Source: Eledone cirrhosa (taxonomy: Eukaryota). From it: a DNA stretch of 64,000 bases. Location of the stretch: assembly GCA_964016885.1 (NCBI GenBank), contig OZ024741.1, positions 182,156,001 through 182,220,000 of the forward strand. The letters are read 5' to 3'. The notes under the pieces were generated by a model. The model was not told the DNA's origin, ran no database searches, and worked only from the letters and a program-made list of their open reading frames with translations. Each line of letters starts with the position of its first letter. Within the stretch, counting starts at the first letter, position 1. The position numbers were made by a program, and so were the translations under genes. Shown here in pieces: positions 29,118-47,497 of this stretch.

Positions 29118-29304
29118 CGAACGAAATGTGGTAAGGAACCAGGTGGACCATAACGCACCAAAGTACTCAATACTTAGGGTAGTAGAGTGGGTAATAGGAA
29201 CGAGTAGGACCCCGACGGCTGAGCTCAAGCCGTTTCGACGGCTAATTCTGGACTGAATTAGCCGTCGAAATGGCTTGAGCTCAGCCGTCGGGGTCCTACT
29301 CGTT

Positions 29305-29309
<5 letters not shown>
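29116..29309 (-). mobile_element. Family F1 fold-back element
   Basis: 55-bp arms 29194-29248/29255-29309 (1 mismatch) with a 6-nt loop and (TA)n flanks. Confidence 0.75.
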
Positions 29310-29339
<30 letters not shown>

Positions 29340-29485
29340 GGAATAGAATGAAACGAAATTTCATTTCTCACTCTTAATACGGCACTTACTTAAATGTAAG
29401 TATGTATGCATGTATACGTACATACATATATGTACATGCATATGCGTAATTCGGGCTGTTGTTTGTACGTATACATACATACATA

Positions 29486-29587
<102 letters not shown>

Positions 29588-29761
29588 CACTCTGCTCGCA
29601 CGTAATGATTGCTCATTCAGTTAATACTTGGGAAGTCTATATACAAGTGTACTTAAAAAGGTCCTTTCAACACACACACATATATTCGCGATTTACGTGG
29701 TATGACTTTACATCTAATGTCAACTGTACATGGTATATTTCACCTACTAAGTGTGCTTATT

Positions 29762-29907
29762 CAGTGCCGGATTTACCAATGTGCTTAGGTGTGCTTAAGC
29801 ACAGAGCCCCGTTGACCAAAAACATTTTTTACGATGAATTTTTACAAATGTTTTGGAACACGTAACATACCTAGCACAAGGCCTTCTTTGTCCTAAATCC
29901 TGCACTA
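29762..29907. mobile_element. hAT-type MITE
   Basis: TIRs cagtgccggattta / taaatcctgcacta, with a perfect 8-bp TSD tgcttatt at 29754-29761 and 29908-29915. Confidence 0.8.
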
Positions 29908-29939
29908 TGCTTATTCTATGTTTGCCATATTTTACCCCA

Positions 29940-30120
29940 TTGGCAGTATCGGTAGGCGTCAGACACCATGTTTACAACATGGAGTTATGGCCCTTTACGT
30001 TCTGAGTTCAAATCCTGCCGAGATTAACTTTGCCTTTCATCCTTATGGAGCCGATAAAATAAAGTACCAGTAATGCACTGGGTATGTTGCTGGCCTTGTG
30101 CCAAAAGTAGAAACAATTAT
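29940..30120 (+). mobile_element. S2 SINE
   Basis: tggcagtatcgg...gagttcaaatcc...gcctttcatcc...gctggccttgtgccaaaagtagaaac. Confidence 0.75.
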
Positions 30121-30214
30121 TTTTATAAAGAAATCTGAAGTTAAGAGGAAAATTTGTTTAATGTCTTTACAGGTAAGTGCTCGGAAGACTTTCGCGCATG
30201 CACCTGTGTAAAGT

Positions 30215-30530
30215 GAACGCAGGCATGGCTTCTTCATCACGAGGTCTCGGGTTCGCTCCCACTGCATGGCACCTTGGACAAGTGTCTTTTATCATAGCTT
30301 TGAGTCGTCTCAAACCTTGTAAGTTAAATTGGGTAGACAGAAATTACACCTGTATTTCAAGTGCCAACCTTGCCTCACACTGACTCTGCTGAGAATTGCC
30401 TTAAGGGTATATATGGCTTGTCTATTGAATTCTCCCCCAGTCACTTTCACGCTAATAGAGTGATTTAAGAGCTCTGATGACGAACGATCAATCGCAATAA
30501 TCATCACGACATCGACGGCGATCCATTTAC
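30215..30530 (+). mobile_element. S3 SINE with tRNA head
   Basis: B box ggttcgctccc, core ggcaccttggacaagtgtc and body ggtagacagaaa...ctgagaattgccttaagggta. Confidence 0.6.
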
Positions 30531-31391
30531 TTTATACGTGCGTGTATTGTTTGTGTATATGTGTGTGTAGCTGTGCCTATGTGTGTGCATGATATATATT
30601 GGCATTTATATGCTTATATTTTGTTACACAACCGACGAGTGTGTATAGCTATGTACAGTCAAGTATGTGTACACCTAAGTTTCTATGTAAGTATACGTGT
30701 GGATCCACATATATGTATGTATGCATGTAAACAAGTATATGTAAGCATATGTACATATATGTACGCATGCGTGTTAGTATATGTTTTACTGCGGCTGAGC
30801 GTGTTCAAGATCTGCACTTGATGCTGGTTATAATGTTCCCATGGCAGCATGCACTACGACAGCCGTTCACGTAATTGGTTTAGTTAAGACTGAGGCACAT
30901 AGTAGGATAAACATTAATAGGCTTATATGGTGCTATTACTGATGGTGATGATGATGATGTTGCTACTGCAAAATAATCTAAGGCAACGTTATGTAATATA
31001 CCCTGTAAAGTACCAGTAATGTACTGGTTAATTCCTGGCCTTGTGCCAAAAGTAGAAACAGTTATGTAATATACCCTTAGTTTTTTCAAAACTGTAGGGA
31101 GTGGTTTGAAAATTTTGGCTGCTGTTTCTGGCAGATCCCATGATCTGGAAGTTCCCATGATCTGGAAGTTCCCTCGTCGATTCAACTGCTCTGCTGCTAT
31201 TGCTGTTGGTGCTGATGATAATGTTGGTGCTGCTATTGCTGTTGGTGCTGATGATAATGTTGGTGTTGCTATTGCTATTGATGTAATTTTTTTTTCCTCA
31301 TGCTAAAATTACTGATACTAATATTTCATATATACCAGCGCTTGTTATTGGGGTAGTGTTGTTGGCGTTATTATTGTTGGTGGGAGTAAGT

Positions 31392-31607
31392 GCGGTGGAT
31401 TGGCAGTATCGGTAGAGAGTCGGAGACCATGCAGCATAGAGTTACGGCCCTTTACTGTCTGAGTTCAAATCCCACCGAGTTTAACTTTGCCTTTCATCCT
31501 TACGGGGTTGATAAAATAAAGTACCAGTAACGTACTGGGGGGTCGATTTAATCGACTTTCCCTTCCCCCAAATTACTGACCTTGTGCCTAAAATAGAAAC
31601 AACTATT
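31392..31607 (+). mobile_element. S2 SINE, full length
   Basis: All S2 blocks are present, including A and B boxes. Confidence 0.8.
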
Positions 31608-31704
31608 GTTGGTGGGAGTGATAGAAGTCTTGGTAGTGGCGTTGATGTTGGTGGTCTTGATGGTGCTGTTGGTAAGAACGTTGATGCTGTTGGTGGTGGT
31701 GACG

Positions 31705-31736
<32 letters not shown>

Positions 31737-32513
31737 GGTGGTGGCGTTCGTAGTTGTATTGATGGTGGTGGTGTTGTGGTCTTGGTGGTGTCGTTGTTTT
31801 TGTTCTTCTTGGTGGTGTGCCGTTGTTGATGCTATTGTTGTTGGTGGCAGAGTGGATTGATGATAGTTTTGGTGTAGAACATGTGACGTTTCATATAGAC
31901 GAACTGATAGAATCGTTAGAACGACCGATAGAATGTTTTGCGGTATTTATTCCGACCCTCTGCATTCTGATTTCAAATCTTACCGGGATCAACTTCGCCG
32001 ATCATCCTTTCGAGGTCGATAAGAACAGTACTAATCCAGTAATAGGTCAAATCGTCCCGAATGTCTCTTTTTTTATTCCCTTCCCTGTGAGAAATCGGCT
32101 ATGTTCAAACACGGAGATGGGATGGCCTCCACCATGTTTAAAAGGTCTATGTTTCAACTGCACTTCTACGCTTCCGCCAGGAGTTGTGAGTCCATACATA
32201 CATCTTAAGATCCATGCTGGAAGTGGGTACGATAGATAATAATTTTACTATGCAATATATGGTGTCTTAAGAATTAGAGGAGTTAATATATGGAAATCTC
32301 AGATTTAGCTTGTAACACATATGTCCATATCATTTCTATGTTAAACATTATTATACACGTTGTTTAGCCAACTTGATATATAAATATTATTCAATATATG
32401 AAAATCCTCCGGTCAAGCTTGACCGGTGGGTTTACATATATCAAATACATTGTATTTTCTTTAAAGTGTGAACTACAAAACTACAAAGTTGAATAATGGT
32501 TTCAGCTAGTAAC

Positions 32514-34672
<2,159 letters not shown>

Positions 34673-35659
34673 AAGAAATATAAACACGTAGAGAGAGAGA
34701 GTGGAAGACAGAGAGAGACGCAAATGAAACAACATTTAAAACTCAACATTTAGTCGTCGTCATCACACAGACACACGCATACAAATTATATATATATATG
34801 TATATTGGTGATGTCCTTTACATTCGTGTATTATCTTCAGCAACGCATTAAACCCTCATAGGTCTAAGATGTCTAGTTTATCACAAACAACTAGTTCTTT
34901 GACAACTTTAGCACACTTCACTCTGTTGGAAGCAACAGGTTCAGTCTGCCTGCTTAGGTTGTCAATCGTTTGTAGTTATGTCATTAGTTTGGGATATAGC
35001 TTGCAAAGATCGTTGGCTTTGTTCTTCTCCTTTCCTTAATATGTACAGAATGTGACGCCTCCTCAAACATTTCTACTTGCCTTACACAATCTCCGACAAT
35101 AGAAACTTTAAAGCATAGAATTTCAACATTTTTATAAAAATAACAAATATGCAAGCATCATCGAATAAACTTCCATATGTTTCGAGGATGAGTGTTCCAG
35201 TTGTTCGTCCAAAGGAATAACTTGGTTGTGGAATTAAAGTGTAAGTGGCTGAGCATAATTCTCTGGAAGTAGATTAGGACTGACACAGTGGCGTAGCACG
35301 GCTGGCACACTCCATGCTATAGTCTTTCAAACAGTTTCTGTTTACCCTATTTCACTCACAAGGCTTGGGTTAACTCGAGGTTATTGCGAATGGAATGGAA
35401 CCCACGACATATGATTTACCAAGCGAACCTCTTAACAATTCGACCAATCGGCATCCACACAGACATGATATTTTTCATGAAATATATCATAAACCTTACC
35501 TAAACATGACACACACTTCTAAAACAATTATATTACTAACAAGATCAATTGGGTACTCCCACCCCTTCCTACTTCTCTTCTGAAAAAGATTTACAATAGC
35601 TGACAATATTTTATATATTTTTCTAATATTTGTTTCTAAGATTTTCCTAATATTATTTC

Positions 35660-35815
35660 TACATTTGGCAAAAGGTCTGTAATTGAAGCTAATGATAAAG
35701 TCGATTACATCGACCCAGTGCGTGACAGTACTGTATTTTATCCACCCCGTAAGAATGAAAGGCAAAGTTAACCCCGACGGAATTTGATTTCAGAATGTAA
35801 AGGGTCATAACTATA
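35660..35815 (-). mobile_element. S2 SINE, degenerate
   Basis: tcgacccag...ccccgtaagaatgaaaggcaaagttaacc...gaatttga. Confidence 0.6.
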
Positions 35816-36729
35816 TGCTGCCGTTGGTAACATTTTTCTAATATTACCAACAGAAGTGTCCCCTAAAAAACACTCCGCTGAACACCACTGACTGGCCTAC
35901 AAAAATCTGGGTATGGTCTCTTGTTTGAGGATAGCTTTTTCCTTTACTCCAAGCCATGAAAAAGAAATTAGTTGAGTTGATTTCAGATATTGGTCCTTCT
36001 CCAAAAATAATGTATACAGTTTAATACCAGATTTGCTAAGAATTAAACACGCTAATGGCTTCTATAACTACTTTTTCTCTTCGAAGAACGCTGAATTATT
36101 CATTTTTCATTTCTTCATTTCGTGTAAACAGTATGTGGTCGTTCAGAGTAGCAGCTAAATCTCCCCCAAACCACATCCTACCGTTTTCGTTGGATAATAT
36201 AGTCCGCGTTTACACTGGATCTGAGTAAAAGAAAAACAACCAGAATGTCAGGGATGAACTACACTTGATTATAGAAGTGTCCAGCCAAGGGTTAAATAAC
36301 AATCACAACAACACTTATTTGGTTGTTATTGTTGTTGCTGTCATTCTTAAGTGTAAGGATCACAGTGTACGGTGTGTTATTTTCTAAGAAGGTATGTGTT
36401 CATGAAGTGGAGATGACTTGAAGGAGATTTTGCTGCTATTCCCTGAAGGTCAAATGACCACGTAGACTCTCTCTGATTGTCTCTAGAATGGGTGGGATGT
36501 GCTGGGATTTCAAGCAGTTTCAAATGGGGGTGGAAACTTGCTTACACATACATACGACAGGTCAGAAGTATATTTTTTGCCTCTTGTTCTATAGTACTTG
36601 TAAGGACGTTTATAACACGACATGTGTTTCCTTGCAAGCCACATGACATTCCTACAACTGGTCCTCTATACAATGCTAACGTGGAATTTCCACTGACTGC
36701 ATTGCCTAAATAATAGAGTGGTCAGAACA

Positions 36730-38340
36730 TCTGACAACATTTCAGATGTCAGGCGTACCTGATAAATGATGACTACACATGTTCGCCGTTTAAGAATATT
36801 TGCAAATGCCGAAGCCTCAGCGCATGCTTGCGTATCAATAACCAAGACATGCCGAACATTCCAGTAGAAGGCGTCTCTTCCACAAGAAGTGAAAGAGCAG
36901 ACGCATCAATCTGGTGAGATACGAAGTGGGAAACGGCACGATGGTCAAGCGGTTATATATGCCACAGGCGTTCACTGCCTGTGCCTGAACTTTCATAGAT
37001 AGCTTGCTCTCTGACCTTTCTGGGTAAGAGAGACTATCCTGCTCATTACCTCGTCCTGTTCCAATCCATCTGGAAGTCTGGACCAAACCAGACTCCGAGT
37101 AACTTAACCAGTCCATCGACGAGGTTGTTGAACTGCATGGCCTTGCTATGTGCCGTGCTGCCAACTCACCGATTTGTCCTGGTTAATCTCTGATCCCGTC
37201 AATGTTGTGTATTCATTTAAGAAAGTGCCGACCACCTCGATTTCCGAGGTGTTAGACACCACCACGACGACGTCGTCTGCATATGCTGATGCATCTCTTT
37301 CACATCGAGTTCATGGTAGTGGCTCGAGAGCTAGCACATACAGAAGGTAGGAGACGACACGTGATCTGAAACGGTTCCGATAGGTGCCAATTTATTCTGA
37401 CCACCGAGCTGATGTCACTATGCATTGAAATAATCCTACTTCTGAAGACAGGGCTGAAACCGACCGCCTTGATGACAGCCTCCAAGTAGCGATGGTGGAC
37501 CCTCTCAAAAGATTTTAATAGATCCAAATTGCTCAAAGGCCCACCGAAGCCATGTTTACTACCAATCTTCTCTATGATATATTGCATGAGGTGGAGGTTG
37601 TCGGAATTGCGCATGGTTGTCGGAATTGTGCACGTCTGTGCTTCAGCGACCAGACTCCCTAATTTACAGAACTGGAAATTCTACCGTTTTGCTGCCAGTT
37701 GCAGTAGACAGGTGCAAGTACATTGGCGAACATGTCTGACATATCTACGTAAAACTCGTAGAGTAGACCATCCAAAGTGGGCGATCTACGTTTAGTGTGA
37801 TCGCTTAAGGCTGTCCGTATTTCAGCTGCTCTTATTAGCATTTTAGCAGTCCACACCTTTTGGCCTGTGTTCCGGTGGGCTGTCGAGGGGGGAACCTCAT
37901 CCTGCCACTATCTCGCCCCTCATCACTTGCCCTGAAAAAGCGTGCAAGAGTCACTGAAACGCCAAACACATCTGCTTGGAATCGAGCAGCACGCGTCCAT
38001 TCTGGTCTGCCGAAGACCTAATTCTGTTTTTGTTACCTGACTGCGCATCTGCTCCGCGCGCTTATCAAACAGCTTTCGTTCTTTTGTGTATCAGAGAACG
38101 TGCTTTAGCTCTGACAATGCAACTTTCATGTTTTGCATTGAAGAAATGGTACATAGCTATTCTTGCAGCTAGCACGTTGACTGCAATGCCACTCCTTTTC
38201 GCCTCTTCCTGTTTAGTTACTTACTCACGCTCTGCTCTAGTTTTTCTATTTCTATTTCTTTACTACTCTAATCGCTCACTTGAGACCGCACCACCACCTA
38301 CAGTTGACGATTACTCTAATCAACTGTCGGTTAACTAACG
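36730..38340 (-). mobile_element. Degenerate L1/Tx1-clade LINE, ORF2 RT region
   Basis: SPTLDGLLYEFY, DNLHLMQYII, LDLLKSFERVHHRYL..V..AVGF, VRINWHLSEPF and SAYADDVVVVVS, with many stops and frameshifts. Confidence 0.8.
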
Positions 38341-39199
38341 TGCTAATTCAGTCTCTATAGACTTTATGCGCCAGGAACGACGCGTTAAGCTTCCAGTAAC
38401 TAGATCCCTGTCTATGTTGACCATGCTGACCAGAAATTTGTTATCTGACTATGCAGCTGTTTGCAAAAGGACTGAAAGGCAACTGGTGGTGATAAAAAGA
38501 CAAGATAAAATACAATACAGTTAGGGTTTACATAAAGTGTGTAAAACGAAAATATCAAAACCACAAGGTAACAAAAATCCTATCACGAAAGTTCTCAATG
38601 GTAGTGAGGGCAGTTACATAAGGCCAATCAAAGTAACACACAGATCTTGGATTACTCCCAGAAGCAAAACAAAAGGGTGGGATGAAATAGCCAATTCTCT
38701 TAAGATGTACATATATAGGAAAAAACATTTCCCATATGACACCTTTTAATTCAAGCAGATGCACTGAAACTGCATTTAACCCAAGAGACGCTCAGAGCCT
38801 TTGCTACGTGACAGAATTACCCTGACCTCAAGGGTATGTTCCTCCCTCAATCATTTTTTAGTCTACTGGCACATACTTAAGCTGACAAATGAGTGGAGTT
38901 ATTAAAATGTCCGATAGAATTCATTCCGGTATATGCTCCGGCACTGTGCACGCTGAGTTCAAACCCCATTTACCAGGGCTGGATTTAGAACGTGGGGAAG
39001 GGGAGCTACTTCAGGTTTGGTGGGATCCTCATTCACAAAAAATTTAAATACACAAAAAATCCTCAACTTTACATTTCAAAATCGACTTGGCACATGTAAT
39101 TGCAATTGTCAAGTTATGCATACATTAAATGAGAAAATTTGACCCTTTTCGTTTTAAGTGCACTTTCCACATTTAAATGTTCTTAAAAACACAAACACA

Positions 39200-39833
<634 letters not shown>

Positions 39834-40619
39834 TATATATATATATATATTTATAAATACACACATGCACGTATGCATGATATCTTTACATAAAACTTCT
39901 ATAACAACCATCTGATGGGACTATGTGACTAAAGTAGAAAGATTTTGATGAATTGACCAAAGGATTGACATTAAGTACATTTTGTTAAAAGTATTGTTCT
40001 GGTGTGTCTAAACGATAAAACCAAAAAGCCCATCAAGGGGCACACATTTGGTAGTCTCAGAGCACATCTACATTTATTAGGCACCACCTCCGCTGATAGG
40101 GCACTACTCCCGCTAATACGATCCCCAGTTAATGGGGGTGGGGTCTGGGCCAAATACCCCGTCCGCCTCACTATAAATCCAGCCCTGCCACCGACGACGC
40201 AATCTTGCCTTTTGTCCTTTGAAGGTCGATAAATAAACTACTAGTCCAGTTCTGAATTCCATTGTTCCCCTAACTCCCTTTCTCCCTCTCCCTCCCATAA
40301 CCTTCCTTCTTGAAGAAATCGTGTGTACTCTGACCTAGAGTAGGGTTGTTCTCTACAAAGTCTATACGTAAATAACGCCCCCAACAACTTCCTCGGGAGT
40401 TCAGGGCCCCTGTACAGATAGATGGGGGTGCATGTTTAATGTAAGCTGGTTGTTATGCACCATCAGTGTTATTCATATGTGAGGGTCATCTGTGTGTGTT
40501 CTGTAAGTATATCTAGTTACATAAAGTGCCAACAGAAATATATAAATAAGTACACACTCGCACGCCCTCTTACACACACAAGTGCCCTTGAACACCATCA
40601 AGGAAATAACAAAAGAAAG

Positions 40620-40653
40620 CTATTACTACTTTTACTAAAACTACTTCTACCAT

Positions 40654-40696
<43 letters not shown>

Positions 40697-40713
40697 GCTA
40701 CTGCTGCTGCCAG

Positions 40714-40773
<60 letters not shown>

Positions 40774-40935
40774 TACTCCACCACTACCACCGCTATCACT
40801 ACGACTACTACTCACATTACTACTACTACTACTACTACTACTACTATATTGCTGATGCCAGTACTACTACTACTACTACTACTACTATATTGTTGATGCC
40901 AGTACTACTACTACTATTACTACTACTACTACAAG

Positions 40936-40968
<33 letters not shown>

Positions 40969-40977
40969 AACTACAAG

Positions 40978-41024
<47 letters not shown>

Positions 41025-41081
41025 TATTGCTGATGCTAGTACTACTACTACTACTACTATATTGCTGATGCCGGTACTACA

Positions 41082-41124
<43 letters not shown>

Positions 41125-41184
41125 TTATATTGCTGATGCCAGTACTACTACTACTACTATATTGCTGATGCCAGTACTACAACA

Positions 41185-41230
<46 letters not shown>

Positions 41231-41258
41231 TATCGCTGATGCCAGTACTACTACTACA

Positions 41259-41292
<34 letters not shown>

Positions 41293-44200
41293 TATTGCTG
41301 ACGCCAGTTGGCAAATTCGGGGCTGTTTAATGACGGTGTGTTACTAAAAATATTTCAATATCGCTTGTTACTTCTACTTCTACTAATAATACTACCACCG
41401 CCACTACTAAGACTATCATCACCACCACCACCACTACTACAGCTATCACCACCACCACCACCACCACTACTACTACTATCATCACCACCACCACTACTAC
41501 TACAGCTATCACCACCGCCACCAACACCACTACTACTACTATCATCACCACCACCACCACTACTACAGCTATCACCACCACCACCAACACCACCACTACT
41601 ACTATCATCACCACCACCACCACTACTACAGCTATCACCACCACCACCACTACTACAGCTATCACCACCACCACCACTATTACTACAGCTATCACCACCA
41701 CCACCACTACTAGAGCTATCACCACCACCACCACTACTACTACTATCATCATCACCACCACCACCACTACTACTACTATCATCACCACCACCACCACTAC
41801 TACTACAGCTATCATCACCACCACCACTACTACTACAGCTATCACCACCACCACCACCACTACTACTACTATCATCACCACCACCACCACTACTACAACT
41901 ATCACCACCACCACCACTACTACAGCTATCACCTCCACCACCACTACTACTACTACAGCTATCACCACCACCACCACTACGACAGCTATCACCACCACCA
42001 CCACTACTACAACTATCACCACCACCACCACTACTACTACTATCATCACCACCACCACTACTACTACAGCTATCACCACCACCACCAATACCAGTACTAC
42101 TACTATCACCACCACCACCACTACTACAGCTATCACCACCACCACCACCACCACTACTACAGCTATCACCACCACCACCACTACTACTACTATCACCACC
42201 ACCGTCAACACCACTACTACTACTATCATCACCACCACCACTACTACTACAGCTATCACCACCACCACCACCACCACCACTACTACAGCTATCACCACCA
42301 CCACCACTACTACAGCTATCACCACCACCACCACCACTACAACTATCACCACCACCACCACCACCACTACAACTATCACCACCACCACCACCACTACTAC
42401 AGCTATCACCACCACCACCACTACTACAGCTATCACCACCACCACCACCACCACTACTACAACTATCACCACCACCACCGCCACTACTACAACTATCACC
42501 ACCACCACCACTACTACTACAACTATCATCACCACCACCACTACTACTACAGCTATCACCACCACCACCACCACTACTACTACAACTATCACCACCACCA
42601 CCACTATTACTACAGCTATCACCACCACCACCACCACTACTACTACAGCTATCACCACCACCACTACTACTACTACAACTATCACCACCACCACCACCAC
42701 TACTACAGCTATCACCACCACCACCACCACTACAACTATCACCAACACCGCCACTACTACTACAACTATCACCACCACCACCACTACTACTACAACTATC
42801 ATCACCACCACCACTACTACTAGAGCTATCACCACCACCACCACCACCACTACTACTACAACTATCATCACCACCACCACTACTACTACAGCTATCACCA
42901 CCCACCACCACCACTACTACTATCATCACCACCACCACCACTACTACAGCTATCACCACCACCACTACTACTACTACAACTATCACCACCACCACCACCA
43001 CTACTATAGCTATCACCACCACCACCACCACTACTACTACAACTATCACCAACACCGCCACTACTACAGCTATCACCACCACCACCACTACTACTACTAC
43101 AGCTATCACCACCACCACTACCACTACTACTACAGCTATCACCACCACCACCGCCACTACTACAACTATCACCACCACCACCACTACTACTACAGCTGTC
43201 ACCACTACCACCACCACTACTACTACAACTATCACCAACACCGCCACTACTACAACTATCACCACCACCACCACTACTACTACAACTATCATCACCACCA
43301 CCACTACTACTACAGCTATCACCACCAACACCGCCACTACTACAACTATCACCACCACCACCACTACTACTACAACTGTCACCAACACCACTACTACTAC
43401 TACAGCTGTCACCACTACCACCACTACTACAACTATCACCACCACCACTACTACTACTACAACTATCATCACCACCACCACCATTACTATTACCACCACC
43501 ACTACTACTATCACCACTACTACAAGTATCACCACCACCACCGCCACTACAACTATCACCAACACCACCACTACTACAACTATCACCACCACCACCACCA
43601 CTACAACTATCACCACCACCACTACAACTATCACCACCACTACTACAACTTTCACCACCACCACCGCTACTACAACTATCATCACCATCAACACCACTAC
43701 TATTACCACCACCACCACCACCACCACCACCACTACTATCACCACTACTACAACTATCACAACCATCACCACTACTACTACAACTATCACCACACCACTA
43801 CCTCCACCATACTACTACAACTACTCCTTCCACCATGACCACCACTGAAAGTACCACCACCACCACTACCACCACCATACCACTACAACTCTACCGCCAC
43901 AACAACTCCAACTACCACCACCACCACCACTACCACCACCATACCACTACAACTCTACCACCACAACAACTCCAATTATCACCACCACCACCACCACCAC
44001 CACCACCACCACCACTACCACCACAACAACTCCAATTATCACCACCATCACAACTACAACCACCACCACCACTACCATCACCATACCACTACAACTCTAC
44101 CACCACAACAACTCCAATTATCACCACCATCACAACTACAACCACCACCACCACCACTACCACCACCATTCCACTACAACACTACCACCACAACAACTCC

Positions 44201-45642
44201 AATTATCACCACCATCACAATTACAACCACCACCACTACCACCACCATGCCACTACAATTCTACCACCACAACAACTCCAACTACCACCACCACCACCAC
44301 TACCACCACCATACCACTACAACTCTACCACCACAACAACTCCAATTATCACCACCATCACAACTACAACCACCACCACCACCACCACTACCACCACCAT
44401 ACCACTACAACTCTACCACCACAACAACTCCAATTATCACCACCATCACAACTACAACCACCACTACCACCACTACCACCTTCATACCACTACAACTCTA
44501 CCACCACAACAACTCTAACTATCACCACCACCACCACTACCACCACCATACCTCTACAACACTACCACCACAACAACTCCAATTATCACCACCATCACAA
44601 CTACAACCACCACCACCACCACCATACCACTACAACTCTACCACCACAACAACTCCAATTATCACCACCATCACAACTACAACCACCACCACCACAACCA
44701 CCACCACCACTACCACCACTATACCACTACAACTCTACCACCACAACAACTCTAACTATCACCACCACCACCACTACCACCACCATACCACTACAACACT
44801 ACCACCACAACAACTCCAATTATCACCACCACCTCCACCACCACCACTACCACCACCATACCACTAAAACTCTACCACCACAACAACTCCAATTATCACC
44901 ACCATCACAACTACAACCACCACCACCACTACCACCACCACCATACCACTACAACTCTACCACCACAACAACTCCAATTATCACCACCATCACAACTACA
45001 ACCACCACCACCACTACCACCACCATACCACTACAACTCTACCACCACAACAACTCTATCACTACCACCACCACTACCACCACCATACCACTACAACACT
45101 ACCACCACAACAACTCCAATTATCACCACCACCACCACCACCACCACCACCACCACTACCACCACCATACCACTAAAACTCTACCACCACAACAACTCCA
45201 ATTATCACCACCATCACAACTACAACCACCACCACCACTACCACCACCACCATACCACTACAACTCTACCACCACAACAACTCCAATTATCACCACCATC
45301 ACAACTACAACCACCACCACCACCACCATACCACTACAACTCTACCACCACAACAACTCCAATTATCACCACCATCACAACTACAACCACCACCACCACC
45401 ACCATACCACTACAACTCCAATTATCACCACCATCACAACTACAACCACCACCACCACCACTACCACCACCATACCACTACAACAACTCCAATTATCACC
45501 ACCATCACAACTACAACCACCACCACCACCACTACCACCACCATACCACTACAACAACTCCAATTATCACCACCATCACAACTACAACCACAACCACAAT
45601 CACTTCAACTAACGCCATCACCACCACCACCACCACCACCAC
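40620..45642. repeat. ~5-kb compound CTA/CCA minisatellite with three unit types
   Basis: 40620-41308: (cta)n-tattgctgatgccagta. 41390-43800: (cca)n(cta)n-cagctatca. 43850-45642: higher-order ccataccactacaactctaccaccacaacaactccaattatca units. Confidence 0.95.
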
Positions 45643-46656
45643 CTTCATTGCTTACCTTCTACAACAAGTAGTTTATTATAATTATTATAAACAGCTGCTG
45701 CAGTTGTTGTAAATACTACTGCATTTGCTGCAAGTACTGCTGCTGTTAGTGCTAGTACTCCTGCTGGAAGTGGTAGTGCTCCTGCTGGAAGTGGTAGTGC
45801 TGCTGCTGTTAGTGTTAGTACTGCTGCTGGAAGTGGTAGTGCTGCTCCTGCTGGAAGTGGTAGTGCTGCTGTTGTAAGCGGTAGTACTGCTGCTGCTGCT
45901 ATTCTACTGGCGTCCACCGCTACCAAGACCAAGTAACGTTGTTTTGAAAGCTAAGGCTGTGGTGTACTGTGTTTAGGTCAGTGACAACAACAGCCAACAT
46001 CAAGCAAGCGAGCGTCTTAGTCTCTATCACTCTCTCTCTCTCTTTCTAACCCCCTCCACTCCCTCTCTCTTTCTCTCTCTCTCTCTCTAGCAACAACAAT
46101 ACTGAAGCGACATCAGATCTGCGGAAGGAAGCGAGGAAGAGACAGACAACCGTAAAAGCAGCCACTTCCTTCCGTTATACAGAGAGAGAGTGAGAGGAGG
46201 GGAAAGAGAATGATACAGAGAGAAAGGGAGAAAGAAGGAAAGGGGATACAGAACAAGAGAGTAAGAAGAAGCGGAGTGAAAACGACAGAGAGAAAAAGAG
46301 AAAGTGATTGAATCATTTTTTTTGTAGTAAATAGTTTAGGGTGGCGGAGGTGGTAAGCATACTTTAGTGAAGGTAATGGTGGTGGTGTTGGTGGAGGTGA
46401 CAACCTTATTTCGTTTGGTTTTAGTTTTTTCTTCAGTAAAGAAAGAAGCTGTTTATCCTTCTTTGCGCATGCTTCGTGTATTTCGACCGAATAAATATAC
46501 TCGTTGCCAATGGCTACGTAAAAAACCCAAAACAGCAAGTAGTTAATAATATATCTACTCTCTTTAGTTCTTTTATATTTACTTACATTCTTTCATCCCA
46601 CCTCTCTCTCTCTCTCTCACTCTCTCTCTCTATCTCTAACTCTCAAACACACACAC

Positions 46657-46759
<103 letters not shown>

Positions 46760-47049
46760 CTATCTCGCTCTCTCTTCCACTCGCAAATTCTTTAATTTTC
46801 TTTCCTTGTTTCTTACTTCCGACACAAATACATGCGCACATACTACACACTACACGCACACACACAAACATATAATGAAAAGAGCCTAAGTTCTGAGGCT
46901 ATTTATGTCTTGATCAACTTAACCAATATATATGAAGGACGAACTCGTGTTAAACAAGTCACATCAATAGTATTTCCATCATCACTGATGGTTCATTAAT
47001 ACTCATGGTGTTGCGTAATTTAGTGTATCTTATAGATGAGATGGTACCG

Positions 47050-47109
<60 letters not shown>

Positions 47110-47111
<2 letters not shown>

Positions 47112-47263
47112 GTAGGAGGTGAGTTTTATTGTAGTACAATAAACAATAAAGCAATGCAGATATCGAATAAGAAGCACTCTACAGTTTGTAGGACTGGAGT
47201 ATACATAATATATAAGATCAAAAGATGGTTAAATACATGGAACTCATTTAACCATCTTTTGAT

Positions 47264-47272
<9 letters not shown>
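47110..47272 (-). mobile_element. Family F2 fold-back element (short copy)
   Basis: Arms 47208-47234/47246-47272. The tail is nearly identical to 50363-50450. (TA)n flanks. Confidence 0.7.
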
Positions 47273-47319
<47 letters not shown>

Positions 47320-47323
<4 letters not shown>

Positions 47324-47475
47324 CGGAGAAAGCTTTTTAGCGATACTCCGGCCAAATTCCAACTCACTCAACAAACATTAGGAAATAAGTGATTATATTC
47401 CCAATTATGTGTTCGGGGTGCTAACTAAAAGTATTGCGTGGAAAATTGGCTGTATTATTTCAAATGAGACATATC
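47320..47475 (-). mobile_element. 3' tail copy of element E family
   Basis: Reverse complement of ~39665-39820, between (TA)n tracts. Confidence 0.7.
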
Positions 47476-47497
47476 TATATATATATATATATATATA

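Noticed and set aside
41308-43848. 846-aa, 812-aa and 524-aa ORFs
   Set aside because: They arise from CCA/CTA triplet repeats that lack stops in several frames. There is no domain or credible start, and composition switches at a 1-nt slip near 42901.
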